A stretch of 64,000 nucleotides of DNA from a virus, in IMG/VR virus record IMGVR_UViG_3300031951_000017, positions 1 through 64,000 of that record, one strand, 5' to 3'. Below, piece by piece: positions 1-11,100 of the stretch. The notes beneath the pieces are model-generated. The model was given only the letters and a program-made list of their open reading frames with translations, had not been told where the DNA came from and did no database searches. The position numbers were made by a program, and so were the translations under genes. Every line of letters begins with the position of its first letter. The first letter of the stretch is position 1.

Positions 1-636
1 TGGTACACCTCCGTTAATTGTTAAATTAATCTCACCACCAGGTGTTAAATTACATACAGAATCGTTAGTAACATCAGTACTTAACGTGAACCCTTGTGCA
101 TCATTATTAACTATAAGATTACCCGTAATTCCTGTACAACCTCCATCATCTTCTAAAATTACGTAATAATTACCTAGTGGTAATCCACTTATGATATATG
201 GATTATCATTAGATGACGTAATTTCTAATAGTCTATCACTATCCGCATCATATAAACTAAACGTATAAAATCGGTTAAAAACAGGTTCTATTGATATTTC
301 AACCTGTCCATCACTATTACCACAAGTATTATTTGTTACAATCGTATCAAACGTAAAACCAGAAGATATGTAAAAATTAAGTGTAGCTAATTGATTACTT
401 GGTGAACTATCGGTAACTTGTACTGTGTAGGTCCCCGCAGTCAAACCCGTAAATAAAAATTCCCCACTAGGTAATAACCCATAAGATGCCCCTGTATATG
501 GTGCAATAATTTGTGCCGTATATGGTCCAGTTCCACCCGAAATGTAGACGGATACTATACCATCGGGTGTTGGTCCTGTACACGTACAATCTCCTGTAGT
601 ACTATAAATGACTGGGGATAAAAAAGGTAATGCCAT
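1..636 (-). CDS. SprB-repeat protein (partial, runs off left edge), probable tail fibre/adhesin; missed by ORF track
   Basis: ATG at 636-634 overlaps the TAA of the upstream gene. Hand translation: MALPFLSP...CTGPTPDGSISVYISGGTGPYT...FTGLTAGTYTVQVTDS...TCGNSDGQVEI...SGLPLGNYYVILEDDGGC...CNLTPGGEINLTINGGVP. This matches the C-x-G-x2-DG-x-I...GGT-x-PY...GL-x-AG-x-Y-x-V-x-V-x-D SprB repeat consensus. Frame is open to position 1. Confidence 0.75.
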   Translation of the reverse strand, partial: MALPFLSPVIYSTTGDCTCTGPTPDGIVSVYISGGTGPYTAQIIAPYTGASYGLLPSGEFLFTGLTAGTYTVQVTDSSPSNQLATLNFYISSGFTFDTIVTNNTCGNSDGQVEISIEPVFNRFYTFSLYDADSDRLLEITSSNDNPYIISGLPLGNYYVILEDDGGCTGITGNLIVNNDAQGFTLSTDVTNDSVCNLTPGGEINLTINGGVP

Positions 637-3596
637 TAGTTACAAATTATACTATAATCAACGTTTAATTTTATTTCAATATTGGTGGTGTTACTAAGTG
701 GGTTAAATCCTAAATATGTAATAATTATATTACCATTTTCAATTTCATAGGTAAATCCGTAACTTAATAGAGTCGGTAAATTAGCTTCTAACGTATCTAC
801 CCAAAGATTATTTGTTGGTGTGTCACTATTACCATATCCAATATAAAAATTTTCATTGATTACATTGGAACCATTAAGTACCACAACTATTGACCAATTT
901 GTTTGTATAGAATTTTGGTCACATGTCAGTCCTTGGGTTATTTTTTCGTTAATATATTCACCACTTATTTGATTTAATAATGATTGGAAACTAACATATG
1001 AAGTATTACCATTAGTCCAGGGAAACACTGGGAATGTCACAATTTGTTCACATCCACCTTGTAAAAATAAATTACCTTCAATTAAACAAGGTTTACACAA
1101 AACATTTGGAACATCTACATTACAATTCCTTGGGATTTTGTAGATATACTTCTGTCTTTGGAAGGGGGCGTTTTCGTATTTTATACCTCCGTTCCAAATA
1201 GTTGATGCCGGAATCATTTGTTCAACAAGTTTAGTCCAATATTGTCCTAAATTGTTAACATAATTAATTAGTGTTTGATATGTAAAGTTATTATTAGGAA
1301 CATTTATTGCAGTTCCTGATTGTAAATATTCCCAATATATTGAGGCTAGGTCATCATATCCTGACGTAGTTTGTCGGTTTGATGCGTTAATTCTATTTTG
1401 CCAAAAAGTCGAAGCAAATTCAAAAAAAGTTTGTTTGTTTGGTGGTACTGAAACACTATTACCAAATTTAGTACTTTTTAGTTTTCTTAAAGTAACAGGG
1501 GAGGTATTTGGAATAGGGAACCCATATTTTTTAGACATTTCCCAAACATCATAGACTAACCCTTTAGCAGGATTCATAAATACGTCTATATTTTTAACAT
1601 TTAATACCAATCTATCGTCCTGAGCATAGTAATAGGAATTAAATCCTCCAGTATTTGAAATCCTTAATTTATTATTCTGAATAGACCAACTCTTTTTATT
1701 ATCATATACTTTAAGAAGTTTAAACCCTTCGTTCATATATGGAAACTTTCTAAATCTGTCCAAATATTTTTGACCATAAGTAAATTTTTGAAATTCTGTT
1801 TGGATATTTGGATTTTGTCCTGTGAATACTGAACTATCTCTTGAAACGTCCTGTGGACTTGTGTGTGGTGGAGTTAATTCATACCATCCAGCCCCAAGTT
1901 GGAAAAAGAACGACTCAGTGTCTCTAGGTGCTTTTGGGTAACCTTCAGCATCAACAGGATAATCTTCTTCACTAGTATCAACATTTGTTATTTTAAACTC
2001 AGTAGTAAATCCTGAAAATGGTTGACCATAAATAGAAAATACATTAGATGAATCAAAAACAGTTACTTCCTCAACATATGTCCCCCCAGAAATTTCAGCC
2101 CACTGAGTATTAAAATTTCTCATATTAATTTTTTGGTCAGCCAAATAAATTGTTTCATTAAATTCAATCATTGCTTCGGGAGCCCCAATTAATCTTAACA
2201 AAAACTCAATAGATTTTCTTGTACCTTTGGACTTAAATAACCAAGCGGAGTTTAGGATTAAATTCTTATAAAACTGAAAATTAATCTCAGACGGAGTTAA
2301 ACTTCTAGCCATTCCAGGGAATGGTGATTTAGCACCATTTCCAAAAATAGATTTTAAAAAGTCTTCCTCTGTAATTGGAGAGACGTTAATATTCCAACCC
2401 AAAGTTTGTGATAAATTTTTAAGTAAGGCTGATGGTACATCATTTTTTGTGTTGTAGTTTACTGAATTCATAAATGCTAAAGCATCAATAAATTTTTTCA
2501 CTTCATCAAAACTTCTACCATAAATTGATAAAACTTTTTGTACTTTCTGGTCAGTGGTATCAAATTCTTTAAACGCATCAGTTACTAAAAATCTTGTAAT
2601 TAAATTGGTTTTAGCTGCGTCAAAATTTGTCGCAATTTCATTTAACTGATTAATATAGTTTGTAAACTTTTGTGTTCGTATATCTAGATTCCAAGTACCA
2701 TCTAAAGGCCAAGTAACCGTCTCATTGTCAATGAATATCGAACCATCGTCGTTTTGTTTTGGAACTTGGAAAATTGCACTATATTTTGGAACAACTAATC
2801 TATTAAGAAGATATCTTTCAATTTCGTCAAATGGTTCGGTAAATGCAACTTCTGTATAGTATTCATTTGGTCGAATAATAAGTGTGTCAACAATAGTAGT
2901 AACATTACCTGTAAAAGGTTGTCCTGAAACAGTTAAAGTTAAGTAACCCGTTGATAATGTGTTAGTTGGGACAATGTTTATTACTTGGTATTCATTATCA
3001 TTAACATTTAAGGCGTATTTAGAGTATTGAACCGTCATATTTCTTAAAAAAGAAACTGGCATTTCTCTAACTTCCATATTTCTTGTAGAATTGATAGTAA
3101 AATCAATACCAAAAGGATTTCTAGTTCTAGATAATGGTATTGAAAACGTAGTGGTATTATCTTCACCATCATATTGAACATTTAGTGCGGTATAACCAGA
3201 GGATATGTCCTCAGAATACTGATAAATTTCTAACGCTGCGGGAAAATAATTTACTATTTGTGTTACGGAAGCCGCAAATCTTTTGGTTAATGGTCCGTAT
3301 ATTGAAAATTTAGTAACATTTGTTAAGTCAAAGTTTGGGTAAACACCAAATTCTTTATTAACAATTCTTTTAGTTTCTTCAACTGAAGATATTTGTAAAT
3401 TATCTAATGTTATTGGTTTTGAAAATGCTCCAATACTAAAGGTACGATTAACTTTTTCAGTTAAACTAGTTGTAAACGCAAAATTCCCTTGGGTTAGTCC
3501 TCCCCCATCAACAACTTGGAATCCGACAATATTATCGGAGAAAGTTCCAGCTCCGGAAGATGGTCTAGGTGGATATTTAAAAAAATTTGTCGGCAT
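636..3596 (-). CDS. baseplate wedge / tail formation protein (T4 gp7 / P2 gpI-like domain)
   Basis: 986 aa; LLKNLSQTLGW...LFKSKGTRKSIEFLLRLIG is typical of gpI/gp7-like wedge domains; lies in the baseplate operon. Confidence 0.6.
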   Translation of the reverse strand: MPTNFFKYPPRPSSGAGTFSDNIVGFQVVDGGGLTQGNFAFTTSLTEKVNRTFSIGAFSKPITLDNLQISSVEETKRIVNKEFGVYPNFDLTNVTKFSIYGPLTKRFAASVTQIVNYFPAALEIYQYSEDISSGYTALNVQYDGEDNTTTFSIPLSRTRNPFGIDFTINSTRNMEVREMPVSFLRNMTVQYSKYALNVNDNEYQVINIVPTNTLSTGYLTLTVSGQPFTGNVTTIVDTLIIRPNEYYTEVAFTEPFDEIERYLLNRLVVPKYSAIFQVPKQNDDGSIFIDNETVTWPLDGTWNLDIRTQKFTNYINQLNEIATNFDAAKTNLITRFLVTDAFKEFDTTDQKVQKVLSIYGRSFDEVKKFIDALAFMNSVNYNTKNDVPSALLKNLSQTLGWNINVSPITEEDFLKSIFGNGAKSPFPGMARSLTPSEINFQFYKNLILNSAWLFKSKGTRKSIEFLLRLIGAPEAMIEFNETIYLADQKINMRNFNTQWAEISGGTYVEEVTVFDSSNVFSIYGQPFSGFTTEFKITNVDTSEEDYPVDAEGYPKAPRDTESFFFQLGAGWYELTPPHTSPQDVSRDSSVFTGQNPNIQTEFQKFTYGQKYLDRFRKFPYMNEGFKLLKVYDNKKSWSIQNNKLRISNTGGFNSYYYAQDDRLVLNVKNIDVFMNPAKGLVYDVWEMSKKYGFPIPNTSPVTLRKLKSTKFGNSVSVPPNKQTFFEFASTFWQNRINASNRQTTSGYDDLASIYWEYLQSGTAINVPNNNFTYQTLINYVNNLGQYWTKLVEQMIPASTIWNGGIKYENAPFQRQKYIYKIPRNCNVDVPNVLCKPCLIEGNLFLQGGCEQIVTFPVFPWTNGNTSYVSFQSLLNQISGEYINEKITQGLTCDQNSIQTNWSIVVVLNGSNVINENFYIGYGNSDTPTNNLWVDTLEANLPTLLSYGFTYEIENGNIIITYLGFNPLSNTTNIEIKLNVDYSIICN

Positions 3597-4504
3597 TATT
3601 GGACTATATTATTGAAGTTTTTACTAAAATCAATATTATCATTTCTGTCTTGTCTGACTTCAAATAATAGTTTATTAAATTGGTCTCTGACCTCAAATAA
3701 GTTATATTGTTTGTAGATATTATTACTACTATCGTACATAGTGTAGATACCATCATCAATAGACTTAGTTTGATTTCCAAACAATGCAATTGCTAATGTT
3801 GATGCATCATGTTCAACCATTTCCACTTCTACTACCGTAGGGTTGAAGAAGGTATTTGTTATAACTATTGATTGACCTGGTTGTCCAATAAATGGTGTTG
3901 CGTTTGGTTTGTTTGTCGGTGCCGTGGATGGTGACAAAGTACAAAACATTAGATTTGTCTTTGAATCAGTGTATCGATATCTAACTGCCTTTTGAACCGT
4001 ATTTGTTAAATTCTGTGTTACAGGTTCACAATAAAAATTAGACGTTATAAGTCTGAAAAAATTTGGTATTTTTGCTCCCGAATCTCTTAAATATTCAACA
4101 CGATACCCAACAAGTTCTTGTGGTACAAATTTATTTAAAAATTCAGTAGGTACATTAGACAAGTCAATTACAATTCCTTTAACATTTGGTAAAGAAGTTA
4201 AAACTCCACAATCCGTTATTGTAGTTCTGATTTGTGCAGGTCTTATATAAACAGTATATATACCTAAAGCGTTAAAATCTGAAGCAGGTAATTTTAAATT
4301 ATATAAACCCCCTAAAATTTCAACATCAGCATTACCACCTGTTTCAGCATTATTGAAATAGGGTCGTAAAACATCTCTAGAATTTAATTTTTTTAGTACA
4401 AAATTACTTGTAACGTCCCTTGATGGGGTATAGTTTAGTATTACCTCCACATCATCAGGGGATACATCTGCAGGTCTTATTGTACCATATGAACCAACTG
4501 CCAT
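3596..4504 (-). CDS. putative virion structural protein (baseplate region)
   Basis: 302 aa, translationally coupled to its neighbours in a structural operon; no recognisable motif. Confidence 0.5.
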   Translation of the reverse strand: MAVGSYGTIRPADVSPDDVEVILNYTPSRDVTSNFVLKKLNSRDVLRPYFNNAETGGNADVEILGGLYNLKLPASDFNALGIYTVYIRPAQIRTTITDCGVLTSLPNVKGIVIDLSNVPTEFLNKFVPQELVGYRVEYLRDSGAKIPNFFRLITSNFYCEPVTQNLTNTVQKAVRYRYTDSKTNLMFCTLSPSTAPTNKPNATPFIGQPGQSIVITNTFFNPTVVEVEMVEHDASTLAIALFGNQTKSIDDGIYTMYDSSNNIYKQYNLFEVRDQFNKLLFEVRQDRNDNIDFSKNFNNIVQ

Positions 4505-4505
4505 T

Positions 4506-5660
4506 TTATCTTAATTTAAAAAATTTATATCCATATTTTTCCAAGTCACCCATATTATCAACTTCATTCAATCTTTCAATCCTTTCAAGTGCGGAATTCT
4601 TACCTCTTTCAATAAATACATTACTTTGTATTTCTGTTTGAAAAGCTACGTTAATTAATACCTCTTCTTTTGTAATTGGTTCCGCAACCAACCAATCTTT
4701 CGTTAATCCGTATGACTCTACAAATTGAATTGTTGTACCATCTTTGAAATCAATGTATCTATCTTGTTGGATGGTGTAACCTGTATAATTCTCAGTAATG
4801 TCAGTTATTTGTCCGTAGGGTTCTCCTCCTTTAAAGATAACTGATTGTTTAAATTTCTGAACACCATACGATTGTAATTCATTAATTCTTGATTGAGTGT
4901 ATGATGATACTATAAGTGGGGCGTCTATATAACTACTAGAAATTTGGTCTTCAACAAAATTATTAGAATCTCCTGTAAATAAATAATCGTAGGATATTGG
5001 GGTGTCCGCCCAATTTAAATTAAAAGAAGTGAAAAACACAGTTCCGTTAGGATTCTCAATTGTAACATCAGTAAAAGGAAGTTTAATTTTTTTAAAAATT
5101 TCATTGATTCCCCAGGGTGTTGTTTGGGTGAGTTTTATATTATATTCTGTTTGTTCAAGAATATTTTGAAATGTGTGGCTAATATAATTGGGTGCAAAAT
5201 TATTTAAATTCTCAGAAAACCCATCACCCCATTCTATTTTAAAACTAGTTTGTTTTATAAAGTTAGATTTATTATCGGAAGTATTATAAACATAAACGGT
5301 ATAAGGGTCAGCAGAAGTTGCGGAAAATACAAAATTTGTAACAACGTCTTTCTGTGATATTGCACCATCAAAAACACTATAAAACCCATAATCAACCGCA
5401 CTCTCAACTAACAAAATTGGTATTGACATATCAACGAATGTTGATGTTCCATTTGTCCCTCCTGTCACTAATTGTGTCATTGAGGAATAAACTGACACAA
5501 ATTCAGTTGGTATGAATGTCGATGTTGTAGTAGTCGTATCACAACAAGGGTCAACTTCTTGGGTAATCGTTTCAGAAGGGCCATCGTAAGGTACTGTGAA
5601 TATTTTATTCAGGATTACCTCAGGCGATATTTTTACATAATATTTATTTTCGTTATTCAT
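4506..5660 (-). CDS. putative structural protein with PKD-like segment and poly-Thr tract
   Basis: 384 aa; IEWGDG...SHTF...YNIKLT resembles a PKD domain; DPCCDTTTTTST near the N-terminus. Confidence 0.5.
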   Translation of the reverse strand: MNNENKYYVKISPEVILNKIFTVPYDGPSETITQEVDPCCDTTTTTSTFIPTEFVSVYSSMTQLVTGGTNGTSTFVDMSIPILLVESAVDYGFYSVFDGAISQKDVVTNFVFSATSADPYTVYVYNTSDNKSNFIKQTSFKIEWGDGFSENLNNFAPNYISHTFQNILEQTEYNIKLTQTTPWGINEIFKKIKLPFTDVTIENPNGTVFFTSFNLNWADTPISYDYLFTGDSNNFVEDQISSSYIDAPLIVSSYTQSRINELQSYGVQKFKQSVIFKGGEPYGQITDITENYTGYTIQQDRYIDFKDGTTIQFVESYGLTKDWLVAEPITKEEVLINVAFQTEIQSNVFIERGKNSALERIERLNEVDNMGDLEKYGYKFFKLR

Positions 5661-6445
5661 TAAGGATTAATATATTCATACCATTTTATGGGACTTGTGT
5701 CACCAACTCTTAATCCTGCATCATCATATACTTTATATGTGAAATTATCGTAGTTTAAATCTACTTGATAATAAAAATATTTTGACGGGTCAAATGTTGT
5801 TCTAGACCCTCCAATTTGATTTTGGGGTCGGTTCATCATTTTAACAAAAATACCTAATCTCGCATCAAAAAATTTAGCGGTCATATAAAAACGACTTATA
5901 TCAAGGTATTGTCTATTTCTTAACCAATAAATGAAATACCCTTCTAAATCCCCTATATAGTCTAGTTTAAATTTTGGTGTTTTAATCTTAACTTCATTTA
6001 AACCAACGGTTGTTGTTGTAGTATCTCCCTGTTGTGTCGGTATAATTATTGTGAGATAGTTAATCTGTTCATTTTCAATTTTACTATCGTAAAAATCTAT
6101 TTTGAAGAAAGAGTTTTTAAATTGTTTACGGAAATAATAAACTTCGGTCGCTGTAAATCCTTCCGCTAAATATGAATTAAAGTATTGTATATTATTAGGT
6201 GTCGACCCTGTTGGTGAGAAATAAAACTCATAATTTATATCGGTCTTAGGTGTTAACTCGTGTTTGGCATGTGAGAATCTAGCGACCTCAAAATCACTTC
6301 CGTTGTTTAGGATTTCTGAAAGAACTTTTGTTTCATAAACACCGATGTCATTCAACTGGTCCAAATAATCATTATTTGTCTCAATCGGAAGGACTAGTTC
6401 CCTATCCTCTGTATTAAATAATATTTTAAACTTATTGACATTCAT
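5660..6445 (-). CDS. putative structural protein
   Basis: 261 aa, overlapping start/stop with neighbours; GDTTTTTVG tract. Confidence 0.5.
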   Translation of the reverse strand: MNVNKFKILFNTEDRELVLPIETNNDYLDQLNDIGVYETKVLSEILNNGSDFEVARFSHAKHELTPKTDINYEFYFSPTGSTPNNIQYFNSYLAEGFTATEVYYFRKQFKNSFFKIDFYDSKIENEQINYLTIIIPTQQGDTTTTTVGLNEVKIKTPKFKLDYIGDLEGYFIYWLRNRQYLDISRFYMTAKFFDARLGIFVKMMNRPQNQIGGSRTTFDPSKYFYYQVDLNYDNFTYKVYDDAGLRVGDTSPIKWYEYINP

Positions 6446-8186
6446 CTAATGATGGTAATTGTATATCTAATACATATTCGTTTATGTTTGTTTCGGGATA
6501 GATTTTGAAATTTATATTTTCAAATGGGTAATGTGATTTGTTTAAATATGGATAATTTACTCCGTTCCCACTTGAGTCGATATACCCATACCCATATATG
6601 TCTCTCCACCTAAATAACCCTAAATTTTCAGAATAAAAAGCGTAGTTTGGAATCCCTACCACATTTTCAGAATTTGCCTCTTCGACATAGTCTGAAAAAA
6701 CTCTAATTGTCATTTTATTATGTGGTTTGTAATAATAACCATTACTATTTGTAGTTGGGTTTTGATTAATGTTAAAAACATTGGGGTTAAATTCAAACTT
6801 ATGGTAATATTCGGAGATTACCATTTCTTCTTGTAAGTAACTATTAAACTCACAAAAATCCCCATAAATCGTATCACCTTCTTTCAAATCTTGATTGTAA
6901 TAGAATGTATAACTATTACCATTAGATGTCTTAGTGTAATTACTAGTTGGTATTTTTGATGAGTTAAGTAAATTACCATCATCCCACCATTGTCCAGAAG
7001 TACGAGCAATGTTAAATTTATATCCCTCTTTCAAGGCTGAATTATCACTACCTAAAGGATTTCTTGGTCTATTAAACCAACCAAAATAACCTTTATTAAT
7101 AATTGTTAAAAATAGTTCACTGACAGGACGATTTAAGTTATCTAATTCATCATCTAAATTAATATCTTTACTAAAAGTAATATTAAAATTTTGAGACCCG
7201 TCAGTTTCAACAACACTCGAAATAAAATTTGGTGTTAATGCCGATGTTTGAAACTTCTTTTTACTAAAAAATCCATTTTGTGAAAACCCTGATTTCAAAG
7301 GTAATGAATCATCAATATTAGTTAATATTTTGTGTTTTCTAACATAATAAATCGATTTTGTGTCTTGTGGGTTTGTTATATCAACAATCTTCTTAAATGT
7401 ACCTAAATTAGAATTTGCAAATGCAGTCGTCTCATACCCAATGTCGTAAATATTAAAAATGATTGATTCCGTACCATAATTAACATCACCTAATACGTCA
7501 ACCTGAAAAATTTTATTGTCATTTACACCCGTCCATCCCCCTAGAAACTCCAATTCAACATAATCACCAGCCAATAAATTATGATTCATAGGACAAGTAA
7601 ATTGTATGTAAGTTCTACCATTAATTTCTTGTCTTGAAATTATAAAAGGTATTCCATCAGAACAAGTCCAACTTATACTATTATTAGGGTCAAAAAAATG
7701 TTGTAGGGTTTTTGTTGAGTCATTTTCATAAGCATAACTTAGGTAATACCCCCAATTATATGTAAATGCACTACTATTAACAAAATCTATATGTGTTGTC
7801 GTATTATCTCTTCTATAAAAATTAAACTCTTTATATTGTGGATACCCATACCATATACCAGGGTGAGAACCACTTACAATTGAATTTTCGGCATCTGTGT
7901 ATGCTAAATCATTTAAGAAGGGTGTGTAATTACCCCCATTTATGTTTGTTGTACCAGTGTAAGCATTAAAAAATACAATATCAACACTAAAAGTTGGTCT
8001 GAATACAGTACACGCCTGCCTCTCATCATCAAAAACTTGGTTAAGATTAACATCAATTGTTCTGTCGTATTCCTCAAGTTCTTGTTGTTTTGAATCAATA
8101 AGTGGTATAAGATTTAAATTAGTGTCAGGATTACTTTTAAATCTTTTTGAACCTAAAACTATCTCTACAGGACTATGTGTATTCAT
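6432..8186 (-). CDS. putative structural protein (baseplate/tail tip)
   Basis: 584 aa, beta-rich N/Y/F/T composition, coupled to neighbours. Confidence 0.5.
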   Translation of the reverse strand: MNTHSPVEIVLGSKRFKSNPDTNLNLIPLIDSKQQELEEYDRTIDVNLNQVFDDERQACTVFRPTFSVDIVFFNAYTGTTNINGGNYTPFLNDLAYTDAENSIVSGSHPGIWYGYPQYKEFNFYRRDNTTTHIDFVNSSAFTYNWGYYLSYAYENDSTKTLQHFFDPNNSISWTCSDGIPFIISRQEINGRTYIQFTCPMNHNLLAGDYVELEFLGGWTGVNDNKIFQVDVLGDVNYGTESIIFNIYDIGYETTAFANSNLGTFKKIVDITNPQDTKSIYYVRKHKILTNIDDSLPLKSGFSQNGFFSKKKFQTSALTPNFISSVVETDGSQNFNITFSKDINLDDELDNLNRPVSELFLTIINKGYFGWFNRPRNPLGSDNSALKEGYKFNIARTSGQWWDDGNLLNSSKIPTSNYTKTSNGNSYTFYYNQDLKEGDTIYGDFCEFNSYLQEEMVISEYYHKFEFNPNVFNINQNPTTNSNGYYYKPHNKMTIRVFSDYVEEANSENVVGIPNYAFYSENLGLFRWRDIYGYGYIDSSGNGVNYPYLNKSHYPFENINFKIYPETNINEYVLDIQLPSLDECQ

Positions 8187-11100
8187 TATATCAATTCGTC
8201 ATTAATGTATTTATTTCTAAACTTATCAAATGCCGATGACCCTTTGACAACTCCAAAATAGAAAAAGAATGGTGTACCAAAAGTGATTGTGTCATTATAC
8301 CCACTTGGGACCGCATCTGTTGGTAATCCATTTCCATCTACATTATAAATAAACCCTTTCCAATTTTTTTGTAGTGTTGAGCCCACAACTTGATATTGCG
8401 AGGTTGGGGAGAATCTATCCAAAGATTGGTATCTTATCTTAAAATACCCGCTCTCATTTGTATCCCAATTGTTATTTTGATTTCCAAAAATGGTATTGGA
8501 AGAACTATACTTAACATTCCATTGGTACATAGGAACAATTTGTGATTTAGTTGTAATGTAACTAAAATCTCCAATGTTTGGACTAACTGTTGCGTTATTA
8601 TTCCATATTTTTCTTCTTGGTGTAATATAATCTCTACTTTGGTTATCTGCAGAAAAGAATATTTCAAAATATGCGTAATTACTACTATCTCTCTTCAACT
8701 TCACATCAGTATTCATATTATAACTTTCAGGTGAAAACTCACTAACTCCAAACTCTGAATTTGTTGATATCATTTGGGAGTAATCTCCGTCAATTACTCC
8801 AGGTATTAAATTTCCTGATGGATTCCATCTGTCATTATTAAAAAATCCAGATATTGATGGGTCACTACCTCCTCCTGAACCTGGTATTAATAATGAAATA
8901 AAACTTTCATTAACAAGTCTACTAAGAATTAAAATGTTTAAAATGTCGGTAACATCTTTAAATGATGTTGAGTCTAATTGGTCAACAATATATCCATCGT
9001 AATCGTCATTGAAAACAATTTCTTGTAAATATGAAACTTTGGGACCTAAATCAAGGATTGTTGTTGGTTGGCCCAATTGTTTTTTATTCCCAGCACCATT
9101 TGACCTTTCGTTTTGGTCTCTACCAATGAATTTACCACCACTTGCCGAGGAATAAGGTGAACTTCTATAATAAAATGTGTTAGTAGGGTCGTGGAAATAA
9201 ACTAAGTCCTTACAATAGTTATAAAATGGTTTATTTTGAGTATCGAAGAAAGTTGTCATCTGAAATGGATACATATACAAAGTACCATTTATCCAATTAT
9301 TCCCAAATGTGTGTGAAAATACATCAAAACATAATGCTAGATTTAGTTTTAGTCTTTGGAAAAACTCAGTTAATAAAGTGAAATCTTTAACAATTGAGAT
9401 GATTGGAAAAGATACTAAATTATAACACCCAACACCATAATCAAACCATTTTCGATATCCGCCATTGTTATAGTTTTTACCACAACAACTTCCATCTGAT
9501 TGGTCACAAGGTTTTAGTGAAACTGTGCCATCAGCATTAGTTACATAACACTCTAAAGGTAACGCTTTACTACACTCAGATAATGTTTCAACAAATCCAC
9601 TATATCCGTTAGGAATATCTTCAGTTTCTACCTCAGAAAATGTGTAAGACACAGGTGAAGAACCTAATGAACCAGCTGAACCACTTTCATCAAATAAATA
9701 AATTGTAAAACTGCTATTTTGATGTAGCAGATAAACACCATTACCAGTAGTATTACCTGTTGATACCTGTGTTGATGATGGTAATCTATCGGTCCTCATA
9801 ATTAATTTACTTGGGTTCACCATATTAACTGATGTTGTGGACGGATAGATGTTACTAATATATGCGGCAGGTATCGAACCAACTCGATACGGGAAGGCGG
9901 CACACGCTGGTTCATCTATACTATCTGTCTGTTGTATTAAATTTTGAACACAAGAACTTCCTCCCTCAAGATATTCCCCACTTTGATAACCAAAGAAACT
10001 ATTGTTACCTGTACCAAAGTTATATCCTAATCGTAATGAATAATTCGTGCCACAATCACATGGTCCTTCATTAATATTTGACACAAACCCAGAACCTTGT
10101 ATTTGAACCTTTGTGAAAATACCCCCAGTTTCACTTACCGCGGTTGAACTTACCGATTCACCCAATCTTGAGTAATATCTGATTAAATTACTAGTGTACC
10201 CTGAAAACGTGTTCTGAACATTGAACGTTCCATTAAAAAATATCGTACCAAAAATATCGGTAGAGTTGTTTGTTTGGAACTGGTCATGTCTAGGTAATTT
10301 TAAATTATTGGATGCTTGTATAGGAATATTTAACTTATATTCACCTGTTATTTTTAACCCGGGTTGATTATAATCATTCCAACCAAATATTCTAGATAAA
10401 TCAACTTCTTGTTGTACTTTAGGTGAGTGTGGGTCAACACCTCTTTGTAATATTATTATACCTAAACCATCTCTTCCATCTAACCAATATAACGGACTCC
10501 TAACATTAGAATTTTCAGGGACGTTATATAAAGGACTTGGTGCCAATGCAATACTTCTCCAAAATTGATTAGTACAATCAGTATTTGTACCTAAGAAATT
10601 GGCTAGTGTCATATAAAATTTCATTTCATTAAGTAGATACCTATTTAAAAAATCGGGTCTACTATAATTTCTATTTAAGAAATTACTATTAACACTTGTA
10701 CTATTTGGTGTTAGTGCGGTAAATGAACTTAATGTTAACCCCGTTAGAACCTGGAAATATTCCATATCAGTAGGGTAAACTAAATAGTCTGGGGTTTCTC
10801 CAGTGTAATTTATTACATAATTTACTGGACCAACGTTATTTGCTGGAGCATTTGGGTCAGCATAATTCACAGACCATATACCACCATTCGTAATCGGTGT
10901 TCCTGTTATTGAATTTGTACCTCCAGTGTTCGCAATTGTACTCCCCGTTAAATTTGGGTCACTTGATAATAAAGGATTACTAAACGATATAAGTTGACCT
11001 GTTGGGAAACTTGATATTTCTCCATTATCCACAACTAAAACAATAGTGTTATCAAAATGAAATAATCCTCCATTCCCAGATATTGTTCTTTTTACTTGAT

